A DNA stretch of 64,000 nucleotides from Gordius albopunctatus. Lineage: Eukaryota. Both the position numbers and the translations under genes were made by a program. The DNA lies in contig OZ193909.1 in assembly GCA_964276515.1 (NCBI GenBank), positions 14,260,001 through 14,324,000 of the forward strand, given 5' to 3'. The notes under the pieces were generated by a model. The model was not told the origin of the DNA. It searched no databases and saw nothing but the letters and a program-made list of their open reading frames with translations. Shown here piece by piece: positions 36,757 to 49,081 of this stretch. Numbering within the stretch: position 1 is the stretch's first letter; each line of letters starts with the position of its first letter.

Positions 36757-37298
36757 TGTTGTAGTTGTGTACTACACGATTGATCTCATCGATTAATTAC
36801 GCCTAGTACGAGGCATTGATTCTGTGAACTCACACACATACACAAAAACCCCCTCATCATCTCTCTCTTATTTATTAAAGTATACGCATCTTAAGGTATA
36901 CGCGTAGTCCCTCTCCCCCTATTGATCTCTACGCGATATATTATAGTGAGATTCTAATACGAGTATTCCCATCATTATTTAGCTCGTATTTATTTGTAAA
37001 CGCGTAGTAATACATCACATGATAGTTATCAATCCATATATATATTTCTTTGTTAGAATTAATATCAATTATTTTCTCATCGCTCGCGGAAATATTGGGA
37101 CCGCACATATAATCTTCTTGTGAGAGTTAAATGAAATAAATAATTCGAATTAAATCAAATAATAAATTGGGGTTCTAAGGATGATTATAATCCTAAACTA
37201 TAAGGTAAGACTTAAATCCATAATAATCATTATCTTTTGGGTTTAATAATAACTAATTAACATTGATTATAACTTTAAAAATATTAATAGTTATTACA
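36757..37298 (+). repeat. Probable 3' LTR of the Gypsy insert
   Basis: Purine-rich GAAGGGTATGG then TGTTG...TTACA ending at the TSD; AATAAA motifs; no 5' partner to confirm it. Confidence 0.5.
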
Positions 37299-39166
37299 GG
37301 ATACAATAACAAAGGACTTGCACAAGCCAGCCCCTTGGAATATGCTATATGCCGACGATATTGTCCTATGCGATGAAACAAGAGAAGGGGTTTTTCATCA
37401 GGCAAAAAAATGGTCAGAACGTTTCTCGGAATTCGGGTTAAAGGTCAGCGAGAAGAAAACGGTTTACATGCAAACGATGGGCGGTAGTCCGCAAATGCAC
37501 AAAATTGACGGTCCAAGGTACACGGAGGTTGATAGGTTCACATATCTTGGCTCGCTATTACATCAAGAGGGAGGATGTACCGCCGAAGTCCATTCTCGGA
37601 TCAAGAAAGCATGGCTCAAGTGGCGCAGCATCTCCGGTGTCATGTGTGACAAAAACATACCTATTTGGTTGAAAAGCAAGGCGTACAAAACCATCGTGCG
37701 ACCGGTCTTGCTTTACGGGAGCGAAACATGGGCTGTAACCACCGCGGAGGAGAAACTCTTGCAAGTCACGGAAATGAGAATGGTGCGATGGAGCTTAGGC
37801 TACACCAAGCTGGATCGCATGACGAACGAATCCTTGATGACAAAGATGGGTATACAAGCGACGAAGGACTTCTTAAGAGAAAATCGACTGCGGTGGTACG
37901 GCCATGTATTACGAAGAGACGAAGACGATGTCACACGCCGAACGCTGGAGATGGACGTGCCTGGAAGAAGAGGAAGGGGCAGACCACGTGCCACCTGGAA
38001 ACGACTGGTCGAAAAGGATATGGACGTCAAAAAGATGGAAATTGGCATGGCATTCACACGACTCAGATGGAAGAGGCTGCTGAAAACGTACCCCACGTCT
38101 GTGGGATTTTCAACACGATAAAGAGAAGAAGAAGAATATATAGGAGGATATATCCATTCATTGACGATAATTTAAAAAGTAACCAAGCCGGCTTCCGTAA
38201 GTCCAAAACCACAATTGAACACATCATTACCCTCAAAAATATTATTGACATCTCCTCTAAATCTAAATCTCCTTTAGTACTAACATTTGTCGACATTCAT
38301 AAAGCTTTCGGACTTTTTGACCGTGTCCTGGCTACTGACCAATGAAAAAATGACCATTTGCCAAATAGTGAGTGAAATTTTTTTTCGTCTGTTATGTAAA
38401 TTTTTTTCGTTTTTCTTGTTTATACTATACATATGCGCATGATTTCAATAGTCTACAGTCATAATTCAAATCATGGGTCGCCTACACCAAATTGTTTAAA
38501 TTTATACGATATCAAAAAAACTCTAAATTGAAAGTTGTATGTTTTTGAAAGATGACTATTGGCTTTTCCAAGGTTATACCCTCTATTTGCGTTCCTTTCG
38601 TCATTTTGATTAATTTATAAGTTGATAAATAAGAATGAATGAAAATCTAACCTAATCGTCAATAAATAAAGTATTAATAAGTGTTTTATAGCAGGCTTTA
38701 CAAAAATTTAACTTTTTAAATATTTGTATAAATAATTTACTAATCATTTTGCATTTTATACCCCGCTATATAGGCATTCTCGCCCATAAATCGCATAGCA
38801 AATATGCTACGTTTATACGGAGTATAGATGAGTTTCGTTCCCCCAGGCCCTGGTTTTAATTAATTTTGGATCAGGTGACTTATATAGCAAGCTCAATAAA
38901 TTCAATTTACAGCTTAAAAGACGACTTTTTAACTCGATGGAACACACAGGCCTAAGCTCGTAAAAGACCCGGGGGCGTAACAAAACAATTATACCCTCGC
39001 GGTCTAAACGCCTGTTGGGACTTCACTACGGTGGATACCAAATTTAACACCTCTCCCGACTAGAAAGTGGAAAAATGTGAATAGATTTTTGTCCCAGACC
39101 CTCAGCAATTTAGATCCCGAGGGGAGCCAATTCCTTAAACATATGTCAAAATATATTACCTCTATT

Positions 39167-39790
39167 TAGAGCCCTGCACGGGCCACCCGAAGCCCGACCC
39201 CTGCCCGATCGGGTTTCGGGCCGGGCTCGGGGGAAATTTTATAATGGCCCGACCCGAGGCCCGAGCCCGGCCCGAATTGAACTAAAACAAATTAATCTCT
39301 TATAAAATAGGATTTAAATAAAATTCGATATTAAATAAAATTTTTTCGCACAGCGTACATTATATAGCTTCCAAACTTTAGCTTTTTCCCTTGTCTATTA
39401 TAACTAACCTGAATTGCAAATCTTATTCTAGTATTTAAATAGATTTATAGTAGCTATTACAACTTTAGAAATAAGATAAGTAAATATTTCAAAAGGTTTT
39501 TTTGTTTGAACTTTTAAAAATATATATTATAAAGTTAAATTTTTAGCTTTAAATGATTAACCGAATAAATTATAACGAGTGAAAAATTTTTTATCTCAAA
39601 CTTATCCTAGTTTTAAATATGTGTAATAAAAATCTAATGCATTTTATATTAGGATGGTAAAATATTTTTCAAAAATTTTTAAAAATCGGGTCGGGCTCGG
39701 GTCCGGCCAAAAATTAAAAAATCTTTCGGGCTCGGGCAAAATAAAATTTGAGAAGTCGGGCAGAATAAATTTCCTTTTTGCAGGGCTCTA
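39167..39790. mobile_element. hAT MITE
   Basis: TIR TAGAGCCCTGCA/TGCAGGGCTCTA, TSD CCTCTATT. Confidence 0.92.
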
Positions 39791-40222
39791 CCTCTATTAC
39801 ACACGATCCCAAATAATTTTTTTACATCAAGCAGAAAATCACCATGGAAATTGTAAAATCTAATACAATTTTAATCCATGACTCTACGTCTGCTTTGCAT
39901 CATTAAACAATTTGAAAATAAACCTTTGTTAAAAAATGTATCAATTGCAACAACTTAAGAGGAATATATTTAAATTTTTAACTAAATCTTATTATGGGGG
40001 ATTTACAACAAATTCCCAATAATGTTGAAATTAGTTATTTATTCCAAAAAATATTTCAACATAAAATTATTAAAAGCTTAACAAAGGATTTTAAGTCATC
40101 ACAAAATAGTTACTTAGTCCTCACATTATGAAATATGTTGATGAAGATACTTCGATTGAGGAAGAATTGATGGGAGTGAAAACAAATCTAAAAATCACTA
40201 TCTTTCAAGGATGGCTACAGAT

Positions 40223-42470
40223 TAGGGCTGCACCGATATAAAATTTTTAACCAATACTTAAATAAATATACCGATACTTTACATCTTATAAAAATTAGAC
40301 TTGTTAATATTTATAATGCTTTATTTAAAATATTCCAAATTATTTTTCCAAAAAAAGTAATTTTTCGATAGTCTCAGGTAGAAGAGATCTTCTATGTGGA
40401 CTATCAATATCAGCAGTTATACTAAAAATAGATTCAGAAGGTATAGATGTGGCGGGTGAAGACAGATATTTTCTGGCCAGTGTTGCTAATATTGGCAAAT
40501 CGGAACTATTTGTTGCCCAATATTCTAATGGGTTTACAATTTGAATTAATAAATTTAAAATATTTTAAATGCTTTGTTGATAAATATTATATATATTAAA
40601 AATCGTATATCTATATATATTAAAAATCGTATATCTATATATATATAAAGTAAAGTCTATGCATGTATGTATGTCTTGCACATATTAGATTTTGCACAGA
40701 AGTGGATGAATACACACTATTCATACTCCTCCTTATTCTATTCATGATTATAATTTGAATAGCCCCCAACTACCTTACGAGTTATGTATATTAACTTCGA
40801 TAACATGGTATATAAACTAATGTGTAGCGATCGAATTAATATATTGTATCTTTTGGTTTGATATTAATAAAGTTCCTTTAGTTAGAATAAAGTAGGCCAA
40901 AACCCCTACATATGTATGTATGTATGGGCTAAATTCTGAAACTACCGGCCCGATTCGCGCGAAAATTTAACCGTAGATGCCGAGGGCGGCCAGGGGTAAA
41001 ATAGCTTTTTCAGAATCCTAAAATTCCTTTTAGTTTTAAAAATATGGGCCTTTTAATTTTAAAAAATAGCTAATTCCAAAACTACCGGCCCGATTAGCGC
41101 AAAAATTTAGCCGTAGATGTCCAGGGATGCCAGGGGTAAAATAGCTTTTTCAGATTCCTAAAATACCTTTTTGTTTTAAAAATATCGCACATTTCCCGGC
41201 CAGTTTAATTTATAGCAGCATATACAATAATGACGTCCTATATACAAGGCTGAAGTTTTCTCGAATTAGATATTTAAAAATATAATAAAAATGTTACAGT
41301 ATACGGTCAAAATTATTGGGGTTTAACAAACTATTTAAATTAAATAAATAATATTTAAATTATTATCACGTGGTCGATCATGGAAGCATATTTTTAATAA
41401 TATCCATCCTTCAATTAATTATTTTTTTATATTAAAGAAAATTGTATTTCAAATAAATCAGCTAACTAGAAAAATAAAATAATGGTATTATTGTATAATA
41501 AGCATGTTTTGAATTAGGGGGGGGGGGGCAGATTTAAAAAAAAAATTTTTCTCGACTATCCAAAAATTTTCATGAAAGCAAAAAAAGGTCTTCGACTACT
41601 AAATTCCTAAATTTTTCCTGAGACCCGCAGGGGGTAGCGGGCCTACCCTGACTAATTAGGGGGGGGGGGCAAAACATAATTTTTAAGGGTTTTTGTATTG
41701 AATTTTTTTTTAATTAGGGGGGGGGTACGCCCATGAATCAAAGTCATTTTTTGGCTTATTTTTCATGTCAATTATTATTATAGGACGGTCGTGTCCCCTC
41801 CTGCGTGGCTAAATTAATTAAAAAATCTAATTTTATCATTTTTTGCGCGTTAAATAAGGAGAAAAATGAAAATAAAATTAACAAAGTGCCAATAAATGTT
41901 GATATATCTCAGTTCTTCGGACATTATTAAGTTCAGAATTAAAAGTTTTATTCAGAAACAAATAATTATGATATTGCTTCTTAATTACAAAAGAATATAA
42001 AAAATTGCTTGAAGGGCCAGGGGGCCAAAGATTTTTCCCTTTGGGGGGGGGAGGGCATGGGGCCAAATTTTCTCTCTTGGGTGGGCCTGGGTCTTGGACC
42101 CTCTTTAACTATTTGTTTGAAAATTATCAAACTTTATTTTTACTTCAATAACCGCTTTATCATCACGTATGCCCTAAAATTCCAACATAATTTAATACAC
42201 CCGGGTAAATGGCAAAACAACGTTTGCAGGGTTCATCTAGTACAATATATAATATAAAAATAAATACATTAACGAACTAACTTACATAATAATATAAATA
42301 AGTGGCGGTAGAAATTTGAATGAATGAATCAATGAAAAAATAAATTAGATTTAAGAGCAATTAAGTAAAATTTAATTTAAAAAGAATATAGATATACAGC
42401 TCTAACAAATATAATATTTGTAAAAAAATGTTTCAAGTATCGGTATCGATACCAATATGGGTGCAGCCCT
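40223..42470 (-). mobile_element. Non-autonomous hAT element hosting a Helitron
   Basis: TIR (T)AGGGCTGCAC, TSD CTACAGAT; minus-strand NPLEYWATNSSDLPILATLARKYLSSPATSIPSESIFS at ~40425-40535. Confidence 0.85.
40634..42240 (+). mobile_element. Non-autonomous Helitron with nested inserts
   Basis: 5' A|TC, (GTAT)n, subrepeats shared with 50-390; 3' AACAACGTTTGCAGGGTTCATCTAG|T; contains a ~240-bp TG..CA solo-LTR-like insert (40672-40910) and MITE pieces. Confidence 0.75.
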
Positions 42471-43440
42471 CTACAGATACTTTGGCATGAAGAGCCTATT
42501 ACATCTTTCTACCAATGTGAGCGGGGTCTTGTCAAACCACTTTCTTAACGTTTCCTTCTCATTTGAAGATTTTTATGACTAAAATAAAGTAAACTATCGC
42601 GGGGTGACTTAAGGTGTCTTAACACGCGATTTTGAATCTAGATTAAAAAAGCGAATGCATGTTTAAACATAACCGCGTCTTAATACGAGATCTACGACGA
42701 ATTTTTGCTCATAAAACAAATATTTATCCTTTAATTACGATTACTTATGCATATTCACATGGTGACTCAACTAAAATTGTTGACTCCAAGAAATCTAAAA
42801 ATATAGCGCTTTGAAGTTGAATCGTGTATTAATGCATCTTAAGAGCTAACCAAAAACTTGCTTTATCACCATATAATTTGTTTATTATTTTTTACTTTGC
42901 ATTGTATAAAATTACTTAAGCATATATTATTTTTAATATTTGTGGAAGGGACATACAATATATAGAAACAGGAAATCAATGGCTGGATAACCTGTATCCA
43001 ATAGCTCAAAATATTGCCAGCTATAATTTTTTAGTCAATGGCACAACTAATATATTTATTGATATAACTAATTAGGGATAAAATTGAAACAAATGATATT
43101 TAGAAAAACTTGCAACAAATCATTGTTTTTCTGATAATTAGAAGCCATAATAAAGCTCAAGATTATACTAAACATAAAAAATTTAATATTTATAATTTGT
43201 GCAGCCTATGTAAAAAGTTTAGTAGTGATTCACAAAAAATTGATTTTAAAACGAACATAGCACAATGTTAAATGCTAAAATGTATTTCAATTAAAACAGG
43301 TCTCTGATGTGGAAAAATAACCCATAATATGCAGACATACAATTAACCTAAAAAATTTTTATAAACGCAAACTAAATAACAAAAGATAATCAAATACTGG
43401 ACATATAATTTATTAGCTGTCACAACAATTCTCTAATAAT

Positions 43441-44732
43441 TTAATTCCAACCACCGTCAGCTCCCCATTCAGTTACAGCTGGTTGCCAATCCTTATTAAC
43501 AACAGGAGCAACTGGAACAGGAGTAGCTTGTTGCATGGAATCCCAATCTGCAGGCTGTTGTTGAGGTAAGCCCATACTAGCCCCCATTGTACGCATAGCA
43601 GGCCCTGGGCCCATTGTTGGTGGAATATGAGCCTGAGAGGCCATATTAGGTATAGCACCTGCACCCATAGGCAAACCATAACTACCTATACCTGATTGGA
43701 TGATATTGGGTTGCACTGCGTAGTGGGGAGCAGGCATTGGTGCTATAGTATCTTGTCCCCATGAGTCCATATCTTGATGTTTGATTGGGGAATGTGGCAT
43801 AGGGGGTTGGCCTAGCCCCATATCTCCAAAACCACCACCTGATGCCCATTGTGTTTGGAGCAGAGCTGAGTCAGAAACCTTTGCCATAGCATTAGGATCC
43901 TCAGTGATTGCCTTTTCCCCTTCAAGGGCACCCTCTTTCTCAGTCTAAATAAATGTCAAATTGTAAATTCAAATATTGGATGTATCAATTTTACCTCTTC
44001 TGGTTCACGGTAGAAATACAAATCAGGCATGACTTCCCAAGCCTTTTCTCGAGGGATAGTACCCCTAAATCTTAGAATTTCTCTAGCCAGCATCCAGAAC
44101 ATTAGGCCAATACAGTGAACACCCTTAAGCCTTTAAAAATTATTATTAAGTAATACTTTATTATTGCATGGTATGGCAATATCAACATATCTTAAGGGAG
44201 ACTCTGCATTACAAAATGCAATAACAGGTATATTGACACATGCTGCTTCCATTATAGGCTGATGATCAACAAGAGGATCAGCAACTATAAGCAAAAGTGG
44301 CTCCTTGAAATTTTTTTGTATCTGATTAGTGAATGTTCCTTAATTTTGATTAATAATCATTAATTAAAGGCAAAATACCTGGGGTAAAACGTCCTGCAAT
44401 CGGAGTTGCTCCTGTATGAGAGGCAAATTTTAAGATTGCTCTTTGACATTTAACATATGATGAAATAACAAACACATCTGCAGGATTAGTAATTGAAACT
44501 ATTGCTCTTGCAGCAAGTAAAAGTTTTTCCCAAGTTTTTCTTAAATTAATAATGTGTGTACCAGCTTTTAAGATATAAGTAGCTCATTAAAGGTAAGCTT
44601 ACATGGAGTTCTTTTGAAGATATATTGTTCCATTTGATAGTCCATGTTTTCAGAACCTGTGTGCGCATTGACTGCTAAGAATTTTAGCATGTCCTCCGAC
44701 TTAAGAGATAGTAGATCCAAGCCTCCTGACAT
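43441..44732 (-). CDS. RPSA: 40S ribosomal protein SA (uS2); exons 44732-44603, 44564-44379, 44338-44157, 44123-43995, 43944-43441 (376 aa)
   Basis: [86 protein letters not shown] introns of 38, 40, 33 and 50 nt with consistent phases. Confidence 0.97.
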
Positions 44733-45769
44733 TTTTATAGTTGCTTGTTATATGCGGGTATGATGCGTGAGATGGAAATACGATTAGTAGGTTGATTTGG
44801 AATAGCAATTTAAATTAATTTAGAATATAACATATGTTAATGCAATACAGCTTAATACCCATTTTTAAACCTTTTTTCACAATTGTCCAGATGAAAACAA
44901 AATATTTAATAGAAAAAATGCGAAAAAATTTTTTCAATTTATAAAGCCGTAGCCTTTTTTTACTAATTACTTACATATTAGAGCTCTATGTTTTAAATCA
45001 AAGTGAGAGCATATAATATATTAAACCTTTCAATAAATCCTACCATCACCCTTTGTTTATTTGCCTCTTTTATAAATACGATAATATTGCTCTAGGTATT
45101 TTTATAAAATCATTTAATGACAACACGTAGCCGGTAAACTTAACGTAGTTTTTTCCTATTCCTATTTCCAATTGTATTCAAATAATAATAATTAATTTAC
45201 GGTTTTAATTAAGTTTTTAGAGTCAAATGCAGTTATTTAACAAAAAATTTAAAAAATATTCAAGAATCCGTCACCTACATAAACACTGCGGTTAATTAAT
45301 TGATATATGTATTTAATTATTAACTTTCTCATATATTAAAATCTATTTAGGCTTTTCGTATGAATATCTGGTTCTTTTGATTCTAAAATTCTAGTGAAAT
45401 CGTCAAAGAAAACAAAAAATAGAAAGTGGATGGATTAACATTACTGAGTATTTACGAAAAATTATTTCACTACAAAAGTTATTTTAATAAAATATATGTG
45501 GCACAGCTGTTTTTATCGTAGAGCAATTAGATTATTTGTCCCGCTATAATTGATCCTAAATTTTATAAAAAATATTAAAATTTAAGCGCATTTTTAAAAT
45601 TGGATTTTTTAGGAATTAAAAACTTGTTATATATTCGAATTGTTTTCAAATTTATAAATTATTTTTCGCATTCGAATCTTCATTTTATTATTCGACGAAA
45701 TTAAATCGAATATATTTTTAAATCGAATTCATGCTAATTTTCGAAATCCGAAGGTCCAACGGTTTCAAC

Positions 45770-46065
45770 TATAGAGGAGGGTTGGCGTCAGTTCAAAAAC
45801 CGGATGTAAAAACTCAAAATCATGATAGTTTCAAACAAAACTCTACAACAGAAGCAAGGACGTCCTTCACAAACGACGCGCACTGCACTCCCCGCCTGCG
45901 GAAGGTGGGAAGAATTTTATTAAAATTTACTATCTGTTTATACGGCGATAGGACTGGAGTATTAATGATTGCAAAGTAATACCGGGATAAGAAATCGCCA
46001 GGCAACATCGCCCCCTTGTTATGGATCTTGATAGAAATGTATTTCCCGAAAGAAGAAAGGTTTAT
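45770..46065 (+). mobile_element. Degraded, internally deleted RTE 5' fragment
   Basis: GGAGGGTTGGCGTCAG...ACAAACGACGCGCACTGCA joined to sequence matching 6880-7000. Confidence 0.8.
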
Positions 46066-47187
46066 AATAAACCTCAAATATAACTCATTAAAGTTACAGT
46101 TACATTTTTTCAAAAGTAACTGAATACAGTTCTACTTACTTACCTGATGGAACTATCTACATTGAAAGTTGCTTGGATAAATTTTAAAAAAACATCTTCA
46201 TTTAAATATAATTTATTCCCATTTTAGAATAAAAATCACAGAGTAATATATGGTGATTAGTTTTCAATAAAAAAATATATTCTATATTGTCGTCTCATAG
46301 GCTTGTCCGTTTCACTAAATATTAGTTTACTAATACTAAATAGGCGCTCGGCGTAGGCGCTGTATGGTAGAGGTATATTGAATTTAAAAAAAACTTCAAT
46401 TTAAGAAAAGTATCATATATTTTTAAAGATCCATCAATATTATTGGTAATAATAAAAGTGTAAATGCACTCCTGGATCCTTTTCAGCTTAAGGTAAAAAA
46501 AATTAACCTGGTATATTCAACTAGGTCCTGTTATATAGAAGCTGATATGTAAGTCAGCGTCTTTATACGAGCGTCACGCCATTTTTTAAATTTTTGCTAT
46601 ATTTATTATTGAATATGTGATTTATTCCAAGTTTTTATATATGTGTTTTATTCCACGTCAAAAATTATTATCATGACAAAATCGATTTATTCCCAGGAAA
46701 ATTAATTAATGAATTTATTAGCTCCTTTGTTTCTGACCATCTCTCTTTCTATGTGCCCTGCGCCAGTTGTTATTATCCCCGCCAGTTGTTATTCTCCTTT
46801 GCCCGCTTTACGTTACTCGTCTTTCTTAGATTTCCTTTGTATTCAACGCATATTTTTCCAAACCACAGATATATACGACATATATGACAGACATATGACA
46901 TTTATGTGTATAAAACAAATATTTATCCTTTAATTACGCTTACTAATGCATATTCACATAGCAACTAAACTAAAATTGTTAATTCCACGACATGTAAGCG
47001 CATATTTGGACAAAAAATATGGCTTTTTGAAGTTGAATCGTGTATTATGACCGGGGTTTATGGTTGCACAATTTGCAAACAAATATCATCTTCTTGGTTT
47101 CTTCTTCGTTTAAAGAAAAGTGATTATCAAAGAATGGCCAAGGTGTTTTGTTTTCAATTTCCATGTCATATTAAAATAATACAAGCT

Positions 47188-47387
47188 AAGGGGCGTAGTG
47201 GGTAGAGGTTTAGTATTTGAAGCAAGAGCTCGCGGGTTCAATCCCGCCTCTGGCAATTATTTCAAAAATGATTAAAAATAACATCGTCACCAAGGCTGCC
47301 ACGTCTGGATAGCCGAGCATCACCCCTTATCCGAATATCTAAAGAAGCTTACCACCTTAGTGTGACAAACAGTTATTGGAAATTTTT
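47188..47387 (+). mobile_element. tRNA-derived SINE
   Basis: A box GGCGTAGTGGG, B box GGTTCAATCC; 19-bp TSD TATTAAAATAATACAAGCT; 3' part recurs at ~23935-23990. Confidence 0.85.
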
Positions 47388-48967
47388 TATTAAAATAATA
47401 CAAGCTGTATAGTTGAAAAATATAAATAATTCAAAAACCTTCATCAATATTATATCATAAGTAATATCAAATGTCTTAATAATTAAAATTTAGATGTAAA
47501 TTTAGCGAAATTTACAAATTTATTCTTTTTTACGAAAATATTTAAATTTAATCCGCGAAGGAAATTTAAATTCAAAGCGATGAACAAAAACCAGTTAAAT
47601 TAATGATTTTCAAATTCTATAAAAAGTAACTGTAACTTCAGTTGAATAGTTACGGAATTAATTTAACTAAATACAGTTACAGTTCCTCTGAAATAAAAGT
47701 AACTGATTACAGTTACTTATCAGTTACTTTTCGGAAGAAAAGGAACTAGTTCCAGGAACTAGTGTAACTAGTTATTTAACAGCTCTAAGGATGGTCAATA
47801 AAAAAATGCTAAGTCGACATCTCTATACTAAAATCTCGTATTATCTCGAGGTTGAAATTCTCGTCTCCATCTCAATTCAATTTTTAAAATACCGAGAATT
47901 CGCGTAAATTTTCCGCATCACATATGGATAACAATTATATTGGAGATCATTAAATGCAAATAATTTTGTAAAAATGGTTTAAATGGCTATCAAATTTAAA
48001 AGCGTTTTAATATTTACAACCCCCTTACTTAGCCTGTAAAATTCTTACAGAATAGATAGCACGTGTCGTAACATTCTCTTACTACTGAAATGATCTAAAC
48101 AAGACCGTATAAAGCTTATGGTGTAGTTAACCTACAGCTAAAAATGGCCAAAATTCAATTAAAAAACATATTCTGTTGCTCAAATAGCTTTATTTTTCCA
48201 AGGTCGTCAAAAAACACCAACAAGTGATTTTAAGTTAAACTCGAGCTATTTTATCTGCGGCGAACGTCTAAGTTAACTTTTAAAACCATATTTGTCTAAG
48301 ATTGTAATATAAAATATATGTGACCATCATAAATGTCTTACTACACCAGATAGCAAAAGCACTATAATCTCTGATCATTACAATTAGAGAAGCATTTTAA
48401 CCTTTAATGTTTCATAATAAAATAATTTTATAAATAACTATAGAATTAATATTGCTCACATTTAGACAGTAAATAATATATTTGGATTATCTATGATATT
48501 GGGAGGCTGTAACGATCAATAATAATTATTGTGACAATGATAATTCTGATTGATTCTAACATAGTATTTGTATAAATCAATTAAGGAGTTGCAATTTTTT
48601 TGACTTAAAACCAGGCTATTATATTAAGTTATAGTCCTCGTTACCCATCGAACATAATTATATTTTTGTCTTGTGCAATGATGATTTTGTTATAATTTTA
48701 ATCATATTTTATTTAATTTTATAGGAATTTTAATATCGTTAATCACTAATACATTGCATTACTATGCTTACCTGAATTGAACACGGTTACTAACAATTCT
48801 CCTTCGTACCTCAAATGAGTATTTACAACTCGATTAAGAATAATTATCCCTGGAAACACATTTTAGGTAGTCCATTAAAGATCTGATTAATGTCAACGTT
48901 GTAGTGAAAATCACGAGATAAAATTTGTCGCAAACTTCTTCATTTATATTTTCACATTTATTACATA

Positions 48968-49081
48968 CTAGATGAACCCGGTAAACGTTGTTTTGTCATT
49001 TACCCGGGTATATTAATCATGTTGGAATTTTAGGGCATATATGATAATAAAGCGGTTATTGAAGTAAAAATAAAGTTTGAT
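48968..49081 (-). mobile_element. Helitron 3' end (same family as 42125-42240)
   Basis: Reverse complement of 42125-42240, ending CTAG|T. Confidence 0.75.

Larger units (their letters stand above)
31242..37298 (+). mobile_element. Ty3/Gypsy LTR retrotransposon lacking 5' LTR and gag; disrupted pol
   Basis: TG...CA ends with 5-bp TSD GGATA; protease LDSGA, RT YLDD, RNase H VDGS..EKEALA..TDHKPL, HHCC zinc finger, integrase SDNG..GLAER; several stops and frameshifts. Confidence 0.93.
28984..38134 (+). mobile_element. RTE retrotransposon (copy 3, different subfamily), split by a Gypsy insert; parts 28984-31241 and 37299-38134
   Basis: ORFs 29071-29616, 29510-31241, 37318-38121; FNLIMD|TITKDLHKPAPWNMLYADD rejoins; (AAG)n tail; TSD AATAT; only one apparent frameshift (~29600). 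Confidence 0.95.
27451..38310 (+). mobile_element. APE-RT LINE fragment truncated at both ends and split by an RTE insertion (parts 27451-28983 and 38135-38310)
   Basis: APE (NIYAP, VGDFNA, QIDHI, TDH) and RT N-terminus; frame ISKVFIKLI|YRRIYPFIDDNLKSNQAGFRKSKTTIEHI..FVDIHKAF rejoins across the insert; clade not determined. Confidence 0.9.

Noticed and set aside
37665..38345. 226-aa ORF as a novel gene
   Set aside because: Alternative frame of the RTE 3' end running through the (AAG)n tail into the host LINE RT
39040..39075. TAACAC...AAAGTGGA twister-like fragment
   Set aside because: Lacks P4/L4 (GTCCCAAG) and GAGGG; probably chance
47188..47262. tRNA gene
   Set aside because: A/B boxes are present but there is no clean cloverleaf; followed by a repeated body and flanked by a 19-bp TSD, so a SINE
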